Of a DNA stretch of 38,169 nucleotides, positions 35,201 through 38,169 are shown one piece after another (within the stretch, counting starts at the first letter, position 1; each line of letters begins with the position of its first letter). Source of the stretch: Catajapyx aquilonaris (lineage: Eukaryota); contig KZ538970.1 of NCBI GenBank assembly GCA_000934665.2, forward strand, positions 1 through 38,169, in the 5' to 3' direction. The position numbers and the translations under genes are program-made. Below the pieces are notes generated by a model, which ran no database searches, was not told where the DNA came from, and worked only from the letters and a program-made list of their open reading frames with translations.

Positions 35201-36430
35201 GTATGGTGAGTTGAATTTGAATGGCTTGATTGCATTTCTCTTGAAGGTGCCAACAATTCATAATCATTCTCAATTCATTGTTTTCCTTGCTTGAATAGAG
35301 TTGAGACCGAAGGTGGCTGTCACATTACTGCCAGGACTCCCTGCATATATTCTGTTTATGTGCATTCGCCATACAGACTATGTTAATGATGATGAGAAAG
35401 TGCGCTCACTTCTCTCCAACACTATTAATGCAGTGAAAAGGGTGATCAAGAAACGACATGAAGACCTTGAGATGACAATAATGTGGTTGGCAAACACTCT
35501 GCGGTTGCTCCACAACTTAAAGCAGTACAGTGGAGACAAGGTGAGCATGTGCTCTTAAGGGTATCATTATAGTGTTTATACGTTGAGAATCTGTTTTCAG
35601 GCATTTCAAACGGACAATACTGCGAAGCAAAATGAACAGTGCCTGCTCAATTTCGATCTATCTGAATATCGTCAAGTCCTCAGTGACATTGCCGTGTGGA
35701 TATATCAGGTATTTAAGTTTTGTTGTCGAAAAAAAACAAAAAAACATTGCTTCAATCTGTCTTCTTGATTGACACAGGCTGTCATAAAACTAATGGAAGA
35801 GAAGGTACAACCCCTGATCGTGCCTGCTGTTTTGGAGCATGAAGCCATCTCAGGGCTCTCTGGCCAGCGCCCTGGTGGACGTGGAAGAGCATCTTCTGTC
35901 ACTCAGGAAGTATCGGTTCCCGTGGATGCTCGACAAGCCCTGGACTTACTACAGTATGAGTTGACAACTTTTTACAAAATGCTGGGCGTCCACGGTGTTG
36001 ACCCTGAACTCATTACTCAGGTGTTCCGTCAGGTATGGAACATTGTATTTTTTTGTTCAGGGCTGTCACTTGGAGTTGTTGCTATATCATTGCAGATATT
36101 TTACTTCATTTGTGCTGGGGCTCTCAACAATCTTCTGCTGAGGAAAGATCTTTGCCATTGGTCGAAAGGCATGCAGATACGATACAATTTATCTCATTTG
36201 GAGCAGTGGTGCAGGGATCACAAGCTTGTAAGTGGATTTAGAATCATGTGCAACACTGATGTAAGAAGCATATTTCTCTATCATGGGCTGCTACTTTTTT
36301 GCTGCAGGATGGAGGTGTTCAGGAGATTCTTCAACCTGTTGTACAAGCTGCTCAACTTCTTCAAGCTAGGAAAACGGATGAAGATGTCCAGAGTATTTGT
36401 GACATGTGTGACAAGTTGTCTGTGTTTCAG
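10975..36430 (+). CDS. didum: Unconventional myosin V (3'-partial), 31 coding exons
   Basis: GT-AG, phase-consistent exons: 10975-11001, 17948-18052, 18125-18293, 18354-18498, 18555-18711, 18774-18999, 19058-19281, 20241-20372, 20443-20658, 20719-20859, 21565-21771, 23987-24121, 24195-24391, 24450-24561, 28985-29196, 29256-29430, 29488-29709, 29769-30087, 30141-30421, 30560-30688, 30757-30894, 31269-31374, 31453-31642, 31709-31901, 31962-32055, 35062-35205, 35299-35540, 35601-35708, 35778-36032, 36096-36227, 36308-36430. Motifs: [29 protein letters not shown]-loop [23 protein letters not shown], six [47 protein letters not shown]. Confidence 0.96.
13865..14260 (+). mobile_element. tRNA-derived SINE with (TTA)n tail
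   Basis: A box TGGCGCTGCGG, B box GGTTCAATCCC, (TTA)n tail about 14188-14243; TSD ATCAGTTGATTTT (13852-13864, 14261-14273). Confidence 0.88.
14400..16070 (-). mobile_element. Highly decayed LINE ORF2 remnant
   Basis: Minus-strand motif remnants in the expected order: PLGPDGL (about 15340), P*WKLAII (about 15180), KYFG (about 14535). Boundaries approximate. Confidence 0.4.
16162..16743. mobile_element. Mariner-derived MITE built from two inverted 3' ends
   Basis: TA|CAAGGGGCATTCGGAAAGTCTT TIRs extend about 230 bp inward; minus strand reads [13 protein letters not shown] (mariner YSPDLAPSD motif). Confidence 0.85.
17247..17532. mobile_element. Non-autonomous TIR element with TAACC repeats and GGGGAC/GTCCCC motifs (possibly CACTA/EnSpm-like)
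   Basis: TCAATAAGCTATGGGG / CCCCACAGCTTATTGA ends; homologous copy at 36471-37471. Confidence 0.72.
17948..24561 (+). CDS. didum: Myosin V SH3-like N-terminus and motor-domain exons
   Basis: P-loop GESGAGKT (about 18586-18609), switch I, switch II DIYGFE, relay [51 protein letters not shown]. Confidence 0.95.
19419..19676. mobile_element. MITE
   Basis: About 36-bp TIR CAGCTCTCCCGTCCCAAG.CAAA.CCCACTATATGC. Confidence 0.75.
21992..23480. mobile_element. TA-flanked element with about 130-bp TIRs (Tc1/mariner-like), carrying an internal insertion
   Basis: GTGTTGGACAT.AAT.GAGGCATACTGCTAGCGACATTTTCCGAAG... mirrored at about 23355-23480; TA on both flanks. Confidence 0.8.
22403..23220 (+). mobile_element. 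Helitron/Helentron-like non-autonomous element
   Basis: 5' TC..TATATATAAAG; 3' GC hairpins CGCC-GAA-GGCG and GGGGC-GCA-GCCCC; internal TGGT-rich tract; canonical CTAG end not seen. Confidence 0.45.
24972..25330 (-). mobile_element. tRNA-derived SINE (family B; 3' tail shared with family A)
   Basis: Minus-strand head GGGAAGGTGCGGTGACCGAACTGG...GGTTTGATCCCC; A-rich tail; 14-bp TSD AGATTC(A/C)CCAGTTA. Confidence 0.85.
25470..25760 (-). mobile_element. tRNA-derived SINE with Deu/Nin-like central domain
   Basis: TSD GTGAGTCTATAACT (25456-25469, 25761-25774); head TGGTGGTCTGGTGG..GGGTTTGAACCC; body TTCGGAGGGGAAGTAAAGCCGTCGGT. Confidence 0.82.
26136..27860. mobile_element. Sola2-like non-autonomous foldback element, about 650-bp near-identical arms
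   Basis: GGGTGGTTCCATTTCAGATCAGCC termini; 4-bp TSD ACCT; AT-rich core with about 180-bp internal duplication. Confidence 0.85.
28371..28532. repeat. Inverted repeat/hairpin, about 60-bp arms
   Basis: AGACCAGTAAGGGCGAAAGTCGC / GCGACTTTCGCCCTTACTGGTCT core with further imperfect pairing outside. Confidence 0.7.
28635..28686. mobile_element. Solo hAT-like terminus
   Basis: Minus strand CAGTGGCGTATTACC...GGGGCGGC, typical of hAT-derived MITE ends. Confidence 0.4.
28985..32055 (+). CDS. didum: Myosin V converter, 6-IQ lever arm and coiled-coil exons
   Basis: [70 protein letters not shown]; heptad-rich E/K/Q segments. Confidence 0.93.
32702..32800. mobile_element. hAT/Charlie-like left terminus
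   Basis: CAGGGGTGGGAAAACTACGGCCCGC.GGCCG..TCCGGCC preceded by a TAGAG-type target; no right end found. Confidence 0.55.
33237..33456. mobile_element. Tc1-like MITE
   Basis: TA|CAGGGTGTTCCAAG..GGGTC.TTTTTAGTT and inverted AACTAAAAACGACCC..CTTGGAACCACCTG|TA. Confidence 0.7.
33692..34324. mobile_element. TIR element (left end truncated), ending CCCTTGTAAG
   Basis: About 55-bp inverted repeat TGAAGT.GGCTCTGTCAGATTTGCATGAAAC.TGCACAGTAGGTGT.TCACAGG. Confidence 0.7.
34613..34899. mobile_element. Harbinger-like MITE
   Basis: TTA TSD; GGC-starting TIRs; GGCCACCATGGCAG subterminal inverted motif; internal GGCAGCGC repeats. Confidence 0.75.
35062..36430 (+). CDS. didum: Myosin V globular cargo-binding tail (DIL domain) exons
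   Basis: [77 protein letters not shown]. Confidence 0.93.
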
Positions 36431-36470
36431 GTAAGGATTTATTTGTGGGTGAACACACACACACACACAC

Positions 36471-37471
36471 CCTGCGGCCAATTAGGTGTGGGGACATGAA
36501 AAAGACAACTTTTCAAAGCTAGTGTAAACTAACCTACCCTACCCTATGTAATCTAAGCTGAGAAAAATGGACTTTTCTAATACCCTGCAACTGGAAATAG
36601 TGGGGACTTGTCCCCACTACTGCAAAAGCAACCCGCAATTTTCATGTGGGGACCGTACACGTCCTGCAAGTGGGGAAAATGTCCCCACAGATGAGTGAAA
36701 GTCCCCTAAGTTACAATAAAAACAACTACAGTGAAACCTGTGTATAGCGGAATCGCACGGGACCCCAAAAATTTTCCATAATGGACAGGTTTCCGCTATA
36801 ACCAGATCAAGGACGTTACTCATTATTTTTGCTCGCGAGAAAGACAGGAAAGTGGGGAGAGCAACAAAAATAGGCACCTTACCTCAATATGGTGCAAAAT
36901 CCTAAATTTGCCTGCTCCTTGGGACCATCAGCCCGGATTCGGGCAATGTTGAACCCGTGTCAACCCCTTCCTCTGGACTGAACCGTGAAATAAAAGGCAC
37001 CTACGAGTCACATGAGTCACATTTTCTTGGCCCGTCCCGAAAGCCAATTTTCGAGTTTCGCAACCAAATATAGTCCCCTTCTCCTCACCCTTTATCTTCA
37101 AGGGCATCAAGGCCACAGGCAATAGCAATTCCAGAAATTACTAGAGACACGTGGTCCAAAAAGGGTTACTCAGGCCACCTGGAATTGCCGCTAGTGAACC
37201 AGGCTGTAGTTTCTATTTTTGTGACTCGCAGGATATAATGTGAACCTTTTGATTTCGTTTATGAACAGGGATTTTCTTTGAAGGGAGCCAAAAATCCCTT
37301 CCATTTCCACGTTGGGCAGGTTCCATTACATCCGTCAAAAATACATCGTATGCCCTATGCATATGCCCGTTCCCGGAAAAAATTCCGTAATGGATAGGTT
37401 TCCGCTATGTCCAGGATCCGTTGTGGGCAGGTTTCACTGTACTTCCAGTCCCACAGCTTATTGAAGACAGG
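36471..37471. mobile_element. Second copy of TAACC/GGGGAC element at a (CA)n tract, with nested insertion
   Basis: Shares AAGCTAGTGTAAACTAA, GCTGAGA.AAATGGACTTTT and CCCACAGCTTATTGAAGACA with the 17247 copy. Confidence 0.75.
36729..37439. mobile_element. pogo/Tigger-like MITE
   Basis: TA|CAGTGAAACCTG ... CAGGTTTCACTG|TA; repeated TTCCG motifs. Confidence 0.8.
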
Positions 37472-37547
37472 TACGCAGGTACACACACAAGACTACATAG
37501 TGAATAAATGGAGTTGAACTTTCAAATGTGTGAATCATGTATTGATT

Positions 37548-37703
37548 GGCATGATGGAGTAGTGGTTAGCACAATATCCTCCCACCTCTGAGGACCCAAG
37601 TTCAATCCCTGGGTTGGACATAGGCTTTTCTCATGTGGAAAAGAGTTTTGGTGGGTTCTCTCCATGTTTCCATGGGTTTTCTCGGGGTTTTTCTATTGCC
37701 TCA
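37548..37703 (+). mobile_element. 5' part of tRNA-derived SINE (V/Meta/CORE-like body)
   Basis: TGGAGTAGTGGTTAGC A box, GTTCAATCCC B box, then TTCTCTCCATG...TGGGTTTTCTC.GGG. Confidence 0.6.
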
Positions 37704-37706
37704 CAC

Positions 37707-37910
37707 TGGCTGGTTTAAAAGAACCACACCTAGGTCTGGTAATTTGAAGACAACCAGACCTAGGTCTGGTCATTTCCAAACCAGGCAGACCTAGGTCTGG
37801 TCATTTCCAAACCAGGCAGACCTAGGTCTGGTCATTTCCAAACCAGGGAGACCTAGGTCTGGTCATTTTCAAACCAGGGAGACCTAGGTGTAGTTGTTTC
37901 AAAACAGCCA
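37707..37910. repeat. TIR-bounded array of 31-bp units with palindromic AGACCTAGGTCT core
   Basis: CCTAGG at 37729, 37759, 37790, 37821, 37852, 37883; ends TGGCTGGTTTAAAAGAACCACACCTAGG / CCTAGGTGTAGTTGTTTCAAAACAGCCA. Confidence 0.85.
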
Positions 37911-38169
37911 CAGCTAGTTCTTGTTGTTCCTGCTAATTAATATAGCCTAACTGCGGATATGGAGGTGATGGGGTGATGGATTGAGCCCTTTGTGTTGGTG
38001 TGGCTGTGGCATTTTGGGATGACTGTACGTCTGGACCAGACCTAATAGGTCTGGTAGTTTTCAAAGGTCTGGCCAGCCCATGGACACTTCTATCCCAGCG
38101 CAATAGAAAAGGCCGATCCGTTATTCCTCCCCGCAGCGGCGCTAGTAAAACAATGGAATCTCGCTGTGC

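Noticed and set aside
37707..37910. CRISPR-like array
   Set aside because: Spacers are near-identical, there are no cas genes, it lies in a eukaryotic intron, and TIRs bound the array.

Overview
Eukaryotic (animal, very likely arthropod) genomic DNA, not prokaryotic. There are two spliced + strand genes. (1) The last two coding exons of an RNI/AMN1-like leucine-rich-repeat gene (584-753 and 6456-7622). (2) Most of an unconventional myosin V gene (didum/MYO5-like; ATG 10975, 31 coding exons to 36430, C-terminus outside the window) with motor, six IQ motifs, coiled coil and DIL tail. Most myosin introns are 53-93 bp. The few long introns and the intergenic gap hold many decayed mobile elements, often nested: tRNA-derived SINEs with clear TSDs, mariner/Tc1-, Harbinger-, Kolobok-, piggyBac-, Sola2-, hAT-, pogo- and Helitron-like non-autonomous elements, and LINE remnants. 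I found no convincing novel protein-coding system. The most unusual signals are a recurring CTNACAA/TTGTNAG terminus on apparently TSD-less elements, a TIR element filled with a 31-bp palindromic tandem array, two SINEs sharing a 3' tail, and CpG decay in intragenic SINE B-boxes. All coordinates were read by eye, and TE superfamily labels are inferences from termini and TSDs.
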